From the NCBI GenBank assembly GCA_021777135.1, contig JAJYDX010000002.1, positions 28,084 through 92,083 of the forward strand: DNA of 64,000 nt, in the 5' to 3' direction. Positions 18,819-27,282 of the stretch are shown here, piece by piece (within the stretch, counting starts at the first letter, position 1; the number at the start of each line of letters is the position of its first letter). The DNA comes from a bacterium. Its GTDB lineage: Bacteria > SZUA-79 > Acidulodesulfobacterales > Acidulodesulfobacteraceae. The notes below the pieces were generated by a model. The model was not told the origin of the DNA. It worked only from the letters and a program-made list of their open reading frames with translations, and ran no database searches. Position numbers and translations under genes: made by a program.

Positions 18819-20248
18819 TGACATTAAAAAAGAAAATTATATCCCATAATAATTTCGTCAGGGGCCGTTTTAAGGACGATATATCGCAAATTACCGCGGA
18901 CTTTACCGCGTCTCTGGATATCGACAGGAAGCTCGCGGATTTTGACATTGACGGTTCTATTGCCCATCTTTACGCGATAGAAAAAGCAGGCATAGTAGGC
19001 AAAAAAGAAAAAAAAGCTTTAGAAAAAGCGCTTCTGAAAATAAAATCAGAAATAGAAAGCGGCGAATTAGAACTTAATAAAAAATATGAAGACATTCATA
19101 TGAATGTGGAAAAGAGATTAATTGAACTCGTTCCAGAATCAGGCGCAAAACTGCATACCGGAAGGTCCAGAAACGACCAGGTTTCCGTGGATTTCAGGCT
19201 CTACGTAAGAAGCCGGATAAAGCTCATCGCTAACGCGTTAATAGACTTAAGAGCCGTTCTTGCGTCTGTCGCAAAGTCAAATATTAAGGCTGTTATCCCG
19301 GGATATACCCATTTTCAGCATGCGCAGCCCGTATCGCTGGCGCATCATTTTTTGGCGTATTACGAAATGTTTACGCGGGATTTCGAAAGGATGATGAACG
19401 CATATAAGGCTGCCGACGTTTTGACTCTGGGGAGCGGGGCGCTTGCCGGCGTCGATTTTGATATAGACAGGCGCTTGGAGGCGGATATTCTTGGTTTCGG
19501 GAATATTTCCAGAAACAGTATGGACGCAGTTTCAGACAGGGATTTTGCGTTGGAATTCAACTTTGCCCTTTCAATGACGGCACTGCATCTTTCGAGATTT
19601 TGCGAAGAACTTATAATATGGAACAGTTTTGAATTCGGATTTATAAAAATAAAAGATGAATTTACTACCGGCTCCAGCATTATGCCCCAAAAGAAAAATC
19701 CGGACGTTCTTGAACTTATAAGAGGCAAAACCGGCGGCGTTATCTCAAATCTTTTGTCGTTGTTTATAATGATGAAATCGCTGCCTCTTGCTTATAACAG
19801 GGATATGCAGGAAGATAAAAAACCGGTTATGGAAAGCGCGGATACAGTTTATAATTCTTTATCGATATTTAAAGAAATTATAAAAACATTAGAATTTGAC
19901 AAGGAAAAAATGAGGTCAGGACTTAAAGACGATTCTATTTATGCTACCGACGTAGCGACTTACCTGGTTAAAAAAGGCGTGCCTTTCAGAAAATCCCATG
20001 AAATAGCCGGTAAAATAGTAAGTTATGCGGAAAATACGGGCAAAACCCTTTCTACGCTTTCCCTAAAAGAATATAAAAAAATAACAGGCTATATTGACGA
20101 AGACATATTCAGTATTTTTAATCCTGAATCATCCGTTAATTCAAAAAAGACAACAGGCGGAACCTCTTTTAAAGAAATAGCAATGGTGCTCAAAGAATAT
20201 GAAAAAGAAATTGAAAATAATAAAAAATCTATACAGGCGCTTAAATAA
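18818..20248 (+). CDS. argH: argininosuccinate lyase
   Basis: 476 aa with the fumarate-lyase signature GSSIMPQKKNPD and TGRSRNDQV. The ATG overlaps the argG stop (TAATG). Confidence 0.95.
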   Translation: MTLKKKIISHNNFVRGRFKDDISQITADFTASLDIDRKLADFDIDGSIAHLYAIEKAGIVGKKEKKALEKALLKIKSEIESGELELNKKYEDIHMNVEKRLIELVPESGAKLHTGRSRNDQVSVDFRLYVRSRIKLIANALIDLRAVLASVAKSNIKAVIPGYTHFQHAQPVSLAHHFLAYYEMFTRDFERMMNAYKAADVLTLGSGALAGVDFDIDRRLEADILGFGNISRNSMDAVSDRDFALEFNFALSMTALHLSRFCEELIIWNSFEFGFIKIKDEFTTGSSIMPQKKNPDVLELIRGKTGGVISNLLSLFIMMKSLPLAYNRDMQEDKKPVMESADTVYNSLSIFKEIIKTLEFDKEKMRSGLKDDSIYATDVATYLVKKGVPFRKSHEIAGKIVSYAENTGKTLSTLSLKEYKKITGYIDEDIFSIFNPESSVNSKKTTGGTSFKEIAMVLKEYEKEIENNKKSIQALK

Positions 20249-20708
20249 CAAAAGAAGTTATATTTTTCCTGTTCTTTTGACGCTGGCACTCTTCGTCCAG
20301 ACGTTTTATCTTTCCGGATGCGCAAAAACAGGCTACCCTCAGCCGCCTAAAGTCAGCCCGCCTAAGCCGCCTGTTATTTTGTCCGCCAAAAAGCTTGCGG
20401 ATACCGTCCGCGTCATTTATAAATATAGCGGAAACATAAAAAAAGTTAAAGGATTTTTAATTTTTAAAAAGCATTATAAAGATAAAAAATCTATAAAATA
20501 TTCCTGCGGCGATTCTAAGCCCTTTGTTTTTCAAAATTTAGATTTTGAAAAAAGATTTAGCTTGCAATATGATAAATTTTTTTATAATGTAAATAAGAAG
20601 AATTTAAAAAACGGCTATTATATATTTTGCATAAAAAGCGTAGGTTATTACGATATAAAATCCGCTTATTCCAATTATATAACCGTTAAAATTATAATGG
20701 TAAAATAA
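20199..20708 (+). CDS. hypothetical lipoprotein
   Basis: 169 aa with signal peptide and lipobox YLSGC, then a Pro-rich linker (YPQPPKVSPPKPP) and a beta-rich domain. The only in-frame starts lie inside the last 50 nt of argH. Confidence 0.55.
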   Translation: MKKKLKIIKNLYRRLNNKRSYIFPVLLTLALFVQTFYLSGCAKTGYPQPPKVSPPKPPVILSAKKLADTVRVIYKYSGNIKKVKGFLIFKKHYKDKKSIKYSCGDSKPFVFQNLDFEKRFSLQYDKFFYNVNKKNLKNGYYIFCIKSVGYYDIKSAYSNYITVKIIMVK

Positions 20709-20730
20709 AAAATATCCGGAGGGCGAAAAC

Positions 20731-21897
20731 ATGGCATTGCCCATTAAAAAGGAAAAGCTGAATAAAGCGTTTTTTTTATTAAGCATAATTATTATAGCAA
20801 TACTCGCAATTCTTCTTTTTCAAAAAAGATTCCATCTTTATTTTAAAAAGTCCCCCTTTTCGTTAAAATTAGTAAGGATTATAGGTTCGGCAGACAAGCT
20901 TAAAGGTCCCGCCGGCGTAGCTTTCGGAAAAAGAAACAATGTTTATGTAGTGGATTCCGGCAACTCCAGAATTGTAAAATTTAATATTAAAGGCGCGTAT
21001 ATAAGACAGTGGGGCATAGAAGGAAAAGCCACGGGCGAATTTATGGTGCCGCTTTTTGCGACGGTTTCCGAAAAATCGGGAAATATATACATAGTAGATT
21101 CAGGCAATTCCAGAATACAGGTATTTCAACCGGACGGCAGTTTCGTTTCGCAATTCGGAATTTCTAAAAATTCTAAAAGAATTTTGGTTGAGCCTACTTT
21201 CATAGGTTTTGCGTACGATAAAATTTATGTAGCTAATTCCGGTTCCGACAATATAATGATATATTTAAAAAACGGGCAATTTTACGAAAGAAAAGGAAAT
21301 TCCTCGATTCAAGGCGGCGCAGGCGCCGTCAGTTCCGCCGCCGCGCCAAATAATTCTAACGCAAACCAGCCTAACGGAAATAGTTCTAATAATACCGGAG
21401 CCAACGCAGGTAATAATAGTCCTAAGAACGGGACTCCGGCAGGCGCTTCGCAGGGCAACAATACTACGGCACCGCCGGCGCAGGCAGCTTCGCAGGTTCA
21501 GTTTAAAAAACCTGTCGGCATAGCTTTTTCTAAAAAATATATTTATATTTCAGACTACAGCCTTTCCGAAATACTTGTTTTTAACAGGCAGTTCGATTAT
21601 ATCGGTTCCATAGGCACGCCTGGAGAAGCGGGTTACCAACTTTATCATCCTGTCGGAATTGTTTATAAAAACGGCTATCTTTACGTGGCGAACTATGGCA
21701 GGAGTATTTTGACGGTTTTCAAGCTGAATAACGGCTACAACGTATTAAAAGCTTATAATTTCGGCACGCCAGGGGTAGGCAGGGATAATTTTAACCACGA
21801 ATCTAATATAACTATTTCCTTAAACGGAAAATATCTTGCCGTAGCAGACACAAACAACAACAGAGTTTTGATATACCGGATATTCGGTGCGAAATAA
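20731..21897 (+). CDS. membrane-anchored NHL-repeat beta-propeller protein with internal low-complexity insertion
   Basis: 388 aa with an N-terminal TM helix (FFLLSIIIIAILAILLF). The NHL blades include VYVVDSGNSRIVKF, IYIVDSGNSRIQVF, IYVANSGSDNIMIY, IYISDYSLSEILVF, LYVANYGRSILTVF and LAVADTNNNRVLIY. An N/G/A/S/Q-rich segment of about 65 aa lies between blades 3 and 4. Confidence 0.8.
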   Translation: MALPIKKEKLNKAFFLLSIIIIAILAILLFQKRFHLYFKKSPFSLKLVRIIGSADKLKGPAGVAFGKRNNVYVVDSGNSRIVKFNIKGAYIRQWGIEGKATGEFMVPLFATVSEKSGNIYIVDSGNSRIQVFQPDGSFVSQFGISKNSKRILVEPTFIGFAYDKIYVANSGSDNIMIYLKNGQFYERKGNSSIQGGAGAVSSAAAPNNSNANQPNGNSSNNTGANAGNNSPKNGTPAGASQGNNTTAPPAQAASQVQFKKPVGIAFSKKYIYISDYSLSEILVFNRQFDYIGSIGTPGEAGYQLYHPVGIVYKNGYLYVANYGRSILTVFKLNNGYNVLKAYNFGTPGVGRDNFNHESNITISLNGKYLAVADTNNNRVLIYRIFGAK

Positions 21898-21902
21898 AAT
21901 CG

Positions 21903-22958
21903 ATGAAAACTAAAGTTGCCATAATAGGAGCCGGTCCGGCAGGTTCGGCGGCGGCGATAGCCTTGTCTAAAAAAGGAATACCGAATATTCTAGTCGATAA
22001 AAGAGCCGTTGTCGGAATTCCGGTTCAATGCGCCGAGTTTGTCGGATTAAACATCAACGCTTATGTAAATATAAACAGCATTCCCTCCGCGATAAATCAA
22101 AAAATTAATTATATCGAAGTCGATACGGGTGAAAATTTATATAAATTCGACGGACAGGGATATATTTTAAACAGGGCGGTTTTTGACCTTTATCTTGCCG
22201 GCGAAGCAGTCAAGCTCGGCTCAAGATTGCTGACGGCTACGAGGGCATATAAAATCAACTCTCAAAAAAACAGCATCGATGTTTTAAGCTCGGAAGATAA
22301 AATATCATATGAAATATATTACGATTATTTAATCGTAGCAACCGGACCAAAAAACGAGTTCGACTGCCATAAAAACAGAGCATATATTTACGCCACGCAG
22401 GTTAAAACCGACCTCTTGAAAGAGCTGGATTCAGTGATATGTTATTTCAGACCATATATTCCTTACGGTTACGGATGGGTTTTTCCTAAAGGCGGGTTTG
22501 CGAATGTAGGAATTGGTATTGAAAAACCTGTGTCAAGCGTTCCATTGTCTTTATCTTTAAGCAAGTTTCTGAAGGAGATGAGAGATGCCGGACTTATAGG
22601 TTTTAAAATCCTGGAAAAGACGTCGGGACTTGTTCCGGTTTCCGGCTTGAACGGCATAACCTGCGGCAACATAGCTTTGTGCGGCGATGCCGCCGGACTG
22701 ACGCATCCTATTACCGGCGCCGGCATTTTAAGTGCGGTAATATCCGGAGGTTTAGCCGGAGATTATGCCGCCGAAAGCGTTAAAGCTTCTAAAAATTTAT
22801 TTGAAGATTACAAGGAAGAGCTGGAGTCCGTTTTTAAAAATTCCCTTATTAAAGCTTCAAAAAAAAGGTCTGAATTATATCCGTTAATGAAAGAACGCGT
22901 CGGCATAGACGAAAAAATAAAACAATTATGGCCGTCGTTTCAGGAATATTATAATTAA
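21903..22958 (+). CDS. geranylgeranyl reductase family FAD-dependent oxidoreductase
   Basis: 351 aa. The dinucleotide fold is KVAIIGAGPAGSAAAIALSKKG, followed by VQCAEF and the GDAAGLTHPITGAGI motif typical of GGR/ChlP-like flavoproteins. Confidence 0.7.
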   Translation: MKTKVAIIGAGPAGSAAAIALSKKGIPNILVDKRAVVGIPVQCAEFVGLNINAYVNINSIPSAINQKINYIEVDTGENLYKFDGQGYILNRAVFDLYLAGEAVKLGSRLLTATRAYKINSQKNSIDVLSSEDKISYEIYYDYLIVATGPKNEFDCHKNRAYIYATQVKTDLLKELDSVICYFRPYIPYGYGWVFPKGGFANVGIGIEKPVSSVPLSLSLSKFLKEMRDAGLIGFKILEKTSGLVPVSGLNGITCGNIALCGDAAGLTHPITGAGILSAVISGGLAGDYAAESVKASKNLFEDYKEELESVFKNSLIKASKKRSELYPLMKERVGIDEKIKQLWPSFQEYYN

Positions 22959-22990
22959 CGTAAGAAAAATCCGACTTTTTCATACTAATA

Positions 22991-23518
22991 GTGTATAATA
23001 ATAATATAGATATGCGACTTAAAGACTGGGTAAATACTTCGTTAAAGACTGAAAAAAGAGCTTTAAAAGTTGGGATATTTTCCGATAGGGAAAGTTTTTT
23101 CTTTAAGGAAAAAGTAGGGATATATTTAGATACAAAATGGACAAGTTTATACGATATCGGACCTTCCAGAATAGACCAGCCGAAAGACATATTTAAAATG
23201 GCTTCAAAACTAGGAAAAGCAATAGAAGAACGCAAGCTGGAATTCGGCATAGCCTTACTAACCGAAGATTGCGAAGCCGTTGCCGTTTTGCTTAATAAAT
23301 TTAAAAACGTAAGGGCGGTATTTTCGGTTGACGAAGGTTATATAAAAAATTCCAGAAAAAGGTTCGACGCGAACGTCATAGTCGTCAAAAATAAAGGCGT
23401 TACGATAGATACAAAAAATAGCGAAAAAGAAGTTTCTTTGTTTCTCGAAACAGCTTTTGACGAAGAAAACAGGCATATACTTGATTTTATAAACAAAACC
23501 GAAAATATAAATGTATAA
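22991..23518 (+). CDS. divergent RpiB/LacA/LacB-like protein (active-site residues not conserved)
   Basis: 175 aa. There is colinear by-eye similarity to RpiB (KVGIFSD.., ..LLNKFKNVRAVFS.., ..RFDANVIVV.., ..FDEENRH), but the DH and C/E-GTG loops are replaced. The start is uncertain: GTG at 22991 or ATG at 23012. The stop overlaps the radA start by 8 nt. Confidence 0.45.
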   Translation: MYNNNIDMRLKDWVNTSLKTEKRALKVGIFSDRESFFFKEKVGIYLDTKWTSLYDIGPSRIDQPKDIFKMASKLGKAIEERKLEFGIALLTEDCEAVAVLLNKFKNVRAVFSVDEGYIKNSRKRFDANVIVVKNKGVTIDTKNSEKEVSLFLETAFDEENRHILDFINKTENINV

Positions 23519-24869
23519 ATGTATAAATTGCGGCGCCGCTTCTTTAAAATGGGTGGGAAGATGTCCCGAATGTCATAGTTTTAACACTATGGAAGAGGTC
23601 GTGCCGGAAACGGAATCAGCCAGGATAGTAAAATTCAGAAAAAAAGCCCCATCCGCCGCGCCCGTGACCACCCTGGACGTTCAAAACGCGGAAGGGCTTA
23701 AGAGGATTGGGACCGGCATTAAAGAATTCGACGTATCGGTAGGTTCCGGACTTGTTGCCGGACAGAGCATACTTATAGGCGGAGAGCCTGGAATAGGAAA
23801 ATCTACCCTAATGCTTCAGGTGGCTGAAAAGCTGGGGGCAGCCGGCATTAAAACCCTGTATATTTCTACCGAAGAATCCTTAAATCAGATTATTTTAAGG
23901 GCAAAAAGGCTTAAAATTGAGTCAAAGACTTTATTTTTTCAGGCTTTGAACGATATAAACGAGGTTTTATACTCGGTAGAAAACGGTAATTACGGCTTTA
24001 TAATTATAGATTCAATTCAAAGGCTAACTGTTCCTGAAGCCGGTTCGGCATACGGCAGCATTAACGGTTTAAGGGAAACCGCCCATGAGATAACTTCTTT
24101 ATGCCTAAAGAAAAACTGCGGAGTGTTTCTTGTTTGCCATGTTAATAAAGAAGGCGGTCTTGCCGGTCCAAAAACATTAGAACACATAGTAGATACGGTT
24201 TTATATTTCGATTCAAGCAAAAAAGACTCGTACAGGATATTAAGATGTTATAAAAACAGGTTCGGCTCTACGGACGAAACGGGCATTTATGAAATGTCCG
24301 AAAACGGGTTAAGAGGCGTAAAAAATCCTTCCGCATATTTTACTTCCGAGCGGCAGGAAGGCTCGTCGGGTTCCGTAGTTACCCCATGCCTTGAAGGGAC
24401 CCGCGCCATGCTCGTAGAAGTTCAGGCGCTCGTCGTTCCTTCTTATATGCCGGTTCCTAAAAGAGTATGTTTGGGAATAGACGGCGGCAGGGTTTCTATC
24501 ATATCCGCCGTACTGGAAAAAAAAGAAGGAATAAAGCTTTCGTCTAAGGAAATTTATGTTAAAATATTCGGAGGGATAAGCATACAGGAACCCGCGGTAG
24601 ATTTGCCGGTAGCGCTTTCTATAACCTCTAGCTATATGGACAAGCCTTTGCCGCCCAATTTTACCGCGTTTGGAGAAATCGGGCTTACTGGCGAAATAAG
24701 AGGCGTGTCTAATCCTGCCGCGAGAATAAGGGAAGCCGCCAATATGGGTTTTGGGGACATTTTGCTTCCGCAGTCGAACTATAACGACGTTAAAGGCTTA
24801 AAGGGTATTTCCGCTATAAACCTGCATCCGGTTTCAAAACTAAAAAAAATTATTGAATATTTAGTCTAA
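23511..24869 (+). CDS. radA: DNA repair protein RadA (Sms)
   Basis: 452 aa. The N-terminal zinc ribbon is YKCINCGAASLKWVGRCPECHSFNT. Walker A is GGEPGIGKSTL, the KNRFG motif is present, and there is a Lon-like C-terminal domain. Confidence 0.95.
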   Translation: MYKCINCGAASLKWVGRCPECHSFNTMEEVVPETESARIVKFRKKAPSAAPVTTLDVQNAEGLKRIGTGIKEFDVSVGSGLVAGQSILIGGEPGIGKSTLMLQVAEKLGAAGIKTLYISTEESLNQIILRAKRLKIESKTLFFQALNDINEVLYSVENGNYGFIIIDSIQRLTVPEAGSAYGSINGLRETAHEITSLCLKKNCGVFLVCHVNKEGGLAGPKTLEHIVDTVLYFDSSKKDSYRILRCYKNRFGSTDETGIYEMSENGLRGVKNPSAYFTSERQEGSSGSVVTPCLEGTRAMLVEVQALVVPSYMPVPKRVCLGIDGGRVSIISAVLEKKEGIKLSSKEIYVKIFGGISIQEPAVDLPVALSITSSYMDKPLPPNFTAFGEIGLTGEIRGVSNPAARIREAANMGFGDILLPQSNYNDVKGLKGISAINLHPVSKLKKIIEYLV

Positions 24870-24933
24870 CTAAAATAAAATAAACAATGGTTACAATTAA
24901 CAAAATTAATAAACTTTAAAAAGAGATTAAAAT

Positions 24934-25902
24934 TTGCGGAACATTTCTTTCAACGGAGTAGAAAACGAGCTTAAGAGAGTGGAAGAGCAGTTTGAGTCCC
25001 ATCTTATAACGGAGACCCCGTTAATCCATAAAGTCGCAAAATATGTTATTTCTAGCGGCGGAAAAAGGATACGCCCCATACTGTTAATAGTATCGGCAAA
25101 AATATGCGGATATACTGGCGACAGCCATATACCGTTAGCGGTAGTCATAGAATTTATCCATACGGCAACGCTGCTTCACGACGACGTGGTTGACAACGCG
25201 CCGTTAAGAAGGGGTAAATCGTCCGCCAATATAGTTTTTGGAAGCGAAGCGTCAGTCCTTGTAGGAGATTATTTATTTGCTAAATCTTTTAAGATTTTAT
25301 CGGAGCTTAACAATTCCGAAATTATAAAAGCATATTCGGACGCGACTACGCTTATGGCGGAGGGAGAAGTTAAAGAGCTGGTGAAAACCGCCGACGTAAA
25401 AACTACCGAAGAAGATTATCTCGATATAATAATAAAAAAAACGGCGGTTCTTTTTGCCTGCGCGTCCCGTGCGGGAGCCATAATATCCGGCGAAAACGGC
25501 GCCTGCATAAACAATCTCTACGACTACGGACTCAATATAGGAATTGCGTTCCAGCTTATGGACGATGCTTTGGATTATATTTCTAACGAGGAGTTCGGCA
25601 AGTTTATCGGCAACGACCTGAAAGAAGGGAAGTTAACCATGCCCCTTATACATGCGATTGAAAGGGCGGATAAAAAAGAAAAAGATATTATATCCGAAAT
25701 AATTTATAAGAAAAAGCTTACTGCCAAAGACCTAAAGACGGTACTTAATCTGGTCAAAAAATACGGGTCGATAGAATATACCGTTTCAAGGGCTAAAGAA
25801 TCCATAGAAAAAGCAAAGAAAAATTTAGACATATTTCCTGATTCGGAATACAAGACAAGCTTAATAGACATTGCAAATTATATAATTGAAAGGAAATTAT
25901 AA
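24934..25902 (+). CDS. long-chain polyprenyl-diphosphate synthase (IspB-like trans-prenyltransferase)
   Basis: 322 aa with a TTG start. Both Asp-rich motifs are present (LLHDDVVDNAPLRRG and FQLMDDALDY). Product chain length cannot be read from the sequence. Confidence 0.85.
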   Translation: MRNISFNGVENELKRVEEQFESHLITETPLIHKVAKYVISSGGKRIRPILLIVSAKICGYTGDSHIPLAVVIEFIHTATLLHDDVVDNAPLRRGKSSANIVFGSEASVLVGDYLFAKSFKILSELNNSEIIKAYSDATTLMAEGEVKELVKTADVKTTEEDYLDIIIKKTAVLFACASRAGAIISGENGACINNLYDYGLNIGIAFQLMDDALDYISNEEFGKFIGNDLKEGKLTMPLIHAIERADKKEKDIISEIIYKKKLTAKDLKTVLNLVKKYGSIEYTVSRAKESIEKAKKNLDIFPDSEYKTSLIDIANYIIERKL

Positions 25903-25905
25903 GCC

Positions 25906-27168
25906 ATGAACGATTTTATTTTTAAAGAAAACGAGCTTTATTGCGAAGACGTTCCCGTTAAAGAAATTGCTTCCAAGGCAGGCACGCCTTTTTATTTGTA
26001 CTCTCTTGCCACCCTCAGGAGACATTCCGGCGTTTTTAACGAAAGCTCTAAAGTCTTAAACTCTTTAATATGTTACAGCGTCAAGGCCAATTCTAATATA
26101 GCCGTGCTTAATTTTTTGTTTAAAATGGGGTGGGGCGCGGATATAGTGTCTGGAGGAGAGCTTTTCAGGGCTATTAAAGCAGGAGTCGATACCGGCAAAG
26201 TGGTATATTCCGGCGTAGGGAAAACGGAAAGCGAAATAGAATTCGCGATTAAGTCAAATATCCTTATGTTTAACGTGGAATCGCTGCCGGAGGTTTTTCT
26301 CATAGACAAAGTCGCGGGCAGGCTTAATTCAAAGGCAAGAATATCTTTCAGGATAAATCCAAACGTCGACCCTAAAACACATCCTTATATATCCACGGGT
26401 CTTAAGAAAAACAAATTTGGAATAAGCATAAAGCATGCTCTTTCTGCTTATGAAACCGCGAGGGAACTTCCTAATATCGATATAGTCGGGCTTGACTGCC
26501 ACATAGGCTCGCAGTTGACCGAAATATCGCCGTTTAACGACGCGGTGGCAATTATAAAAGAGCTTTTGGATAAAATTATATCGAAGGGATTTAATATTAA
26601 ATATTTAGATTTAGGAGGCGGGCTAGGCATAACTTACGAAAATGAGATGCCTCCGCATCCTTCTACTTATATGAACTCGATAAAAAAAATATTAAAGGGT
26701 TATGAAGGACTTGTAATATTTGAACCAGGAAGGCTTATAGTCGGAAACAGCGGCATATTTATCACGAAAGTTATATACAACAAAGATACCGGCAGTAAAA
26801 ATTTCATTATAGTCGACGGCGGTATGAACGACCTAATCAGGCCGGCATTATATGAAGCCTATCATGAAATAGTGCCTGTAATTAAAAAGGACGGTCACAG
26901 GCTGAAAGCCGACGTAGTCGGTCCGATATGTGAATCCGCGGATTTTCTCGGGAAAGACAGGGTTATTAATTCCGTTCAGGAAGGCGACTTGCTTGCGGTA
27001 TTCAGCGCCGGAGCCTACGGTTTTTCTATGTCGTCGAACTATAACTCAAGACCGAGAGCCGCAGAAGTATTAGTAGATAGAGATAAGTTTTATATTATTA
27101 GGCAGCGTGAAACTTACGACGATTTAATAGAAAAAGAAACTATACCGGAAAATTTGCAGCTTAACTAA
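25906..27168 (+). CDS. lysA: diaminopimelate decarboxylase
   Basis: 420 aa. The PLP-Lys region is CYSVKANSN, with the GGGLGI loop and GPICESADFLG typical of LysA. Confidence 0.93.
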   Translation: MNDFIFKENELYCEDVPVKEIASKAGTPFYLYSLATLRRHSGVFNESSKVLNSLICYSVKANSNIAVLNFLFKMGWGADIVSGGELFRAIKAGVDTGKVVYSGVGKTESEIEFAIKSNILMFNVESLPEVFLIDKVAGRLNSKARISFRINPNVDPKTHPYISTGLKKNKFGISIKHALSAYETARELPNIDIVGLDCHIGSQLTEISPFNDAVAIIKELLDKIISKGFNIKYLDLGGGLGITYENEMPPHPSTYMNSIKKILKGYEGLVIFEPGRLIVGNSGIFITKVIYNKDTGSKNFIIVDGGMNDLIRPALYEAYHEIVPVIKKDGHRLKADVVGPICESADFLGKDRVINSVQEGDLLAVFSAGAYGFSMSSNYNSRPRAAEVLVDRDKFYIIRQRETYDDLIEKETIPENLQLN

Positions 27169-27184
27169 TTATAAATAGGATTAA

Positions 27185-27225
27185 TAAATAAAGGTATCAG
27201 ATTTCAAATCTGATACCTTTATTTA
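27185..27225. terminator. 41-nt perfect palindrome; Rho-independent (potentially bidirectional) terminator after lysA
   Basis: TAAATAAAGGTATCAGATTT-C-AAATCTGATACCTTTATTTA has 20-nt arms that are exact reverse complements. The GC-containing core stem GGTATCAGA/TCTGATACC is flanked by an A-tract 5' and a T-tract 3'. It begins 17 nt after the lysA stop. Confidence 0.75.
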
Positions 27226-27282
27226 GATATTTTAATTAACTTGCTTATAAAATAATTTATAATAGGATTAATGGAGTCGGAT

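Noticed and set aside
27169-27282. Possible lysine riboswitch (L-box) upstream of dapA
   Set aside because: The spacer is about 100 nt and is mostly occupied by the 41-nt palindromic terminator. An L-box needs about 180 nt with characteristic conserved helices.
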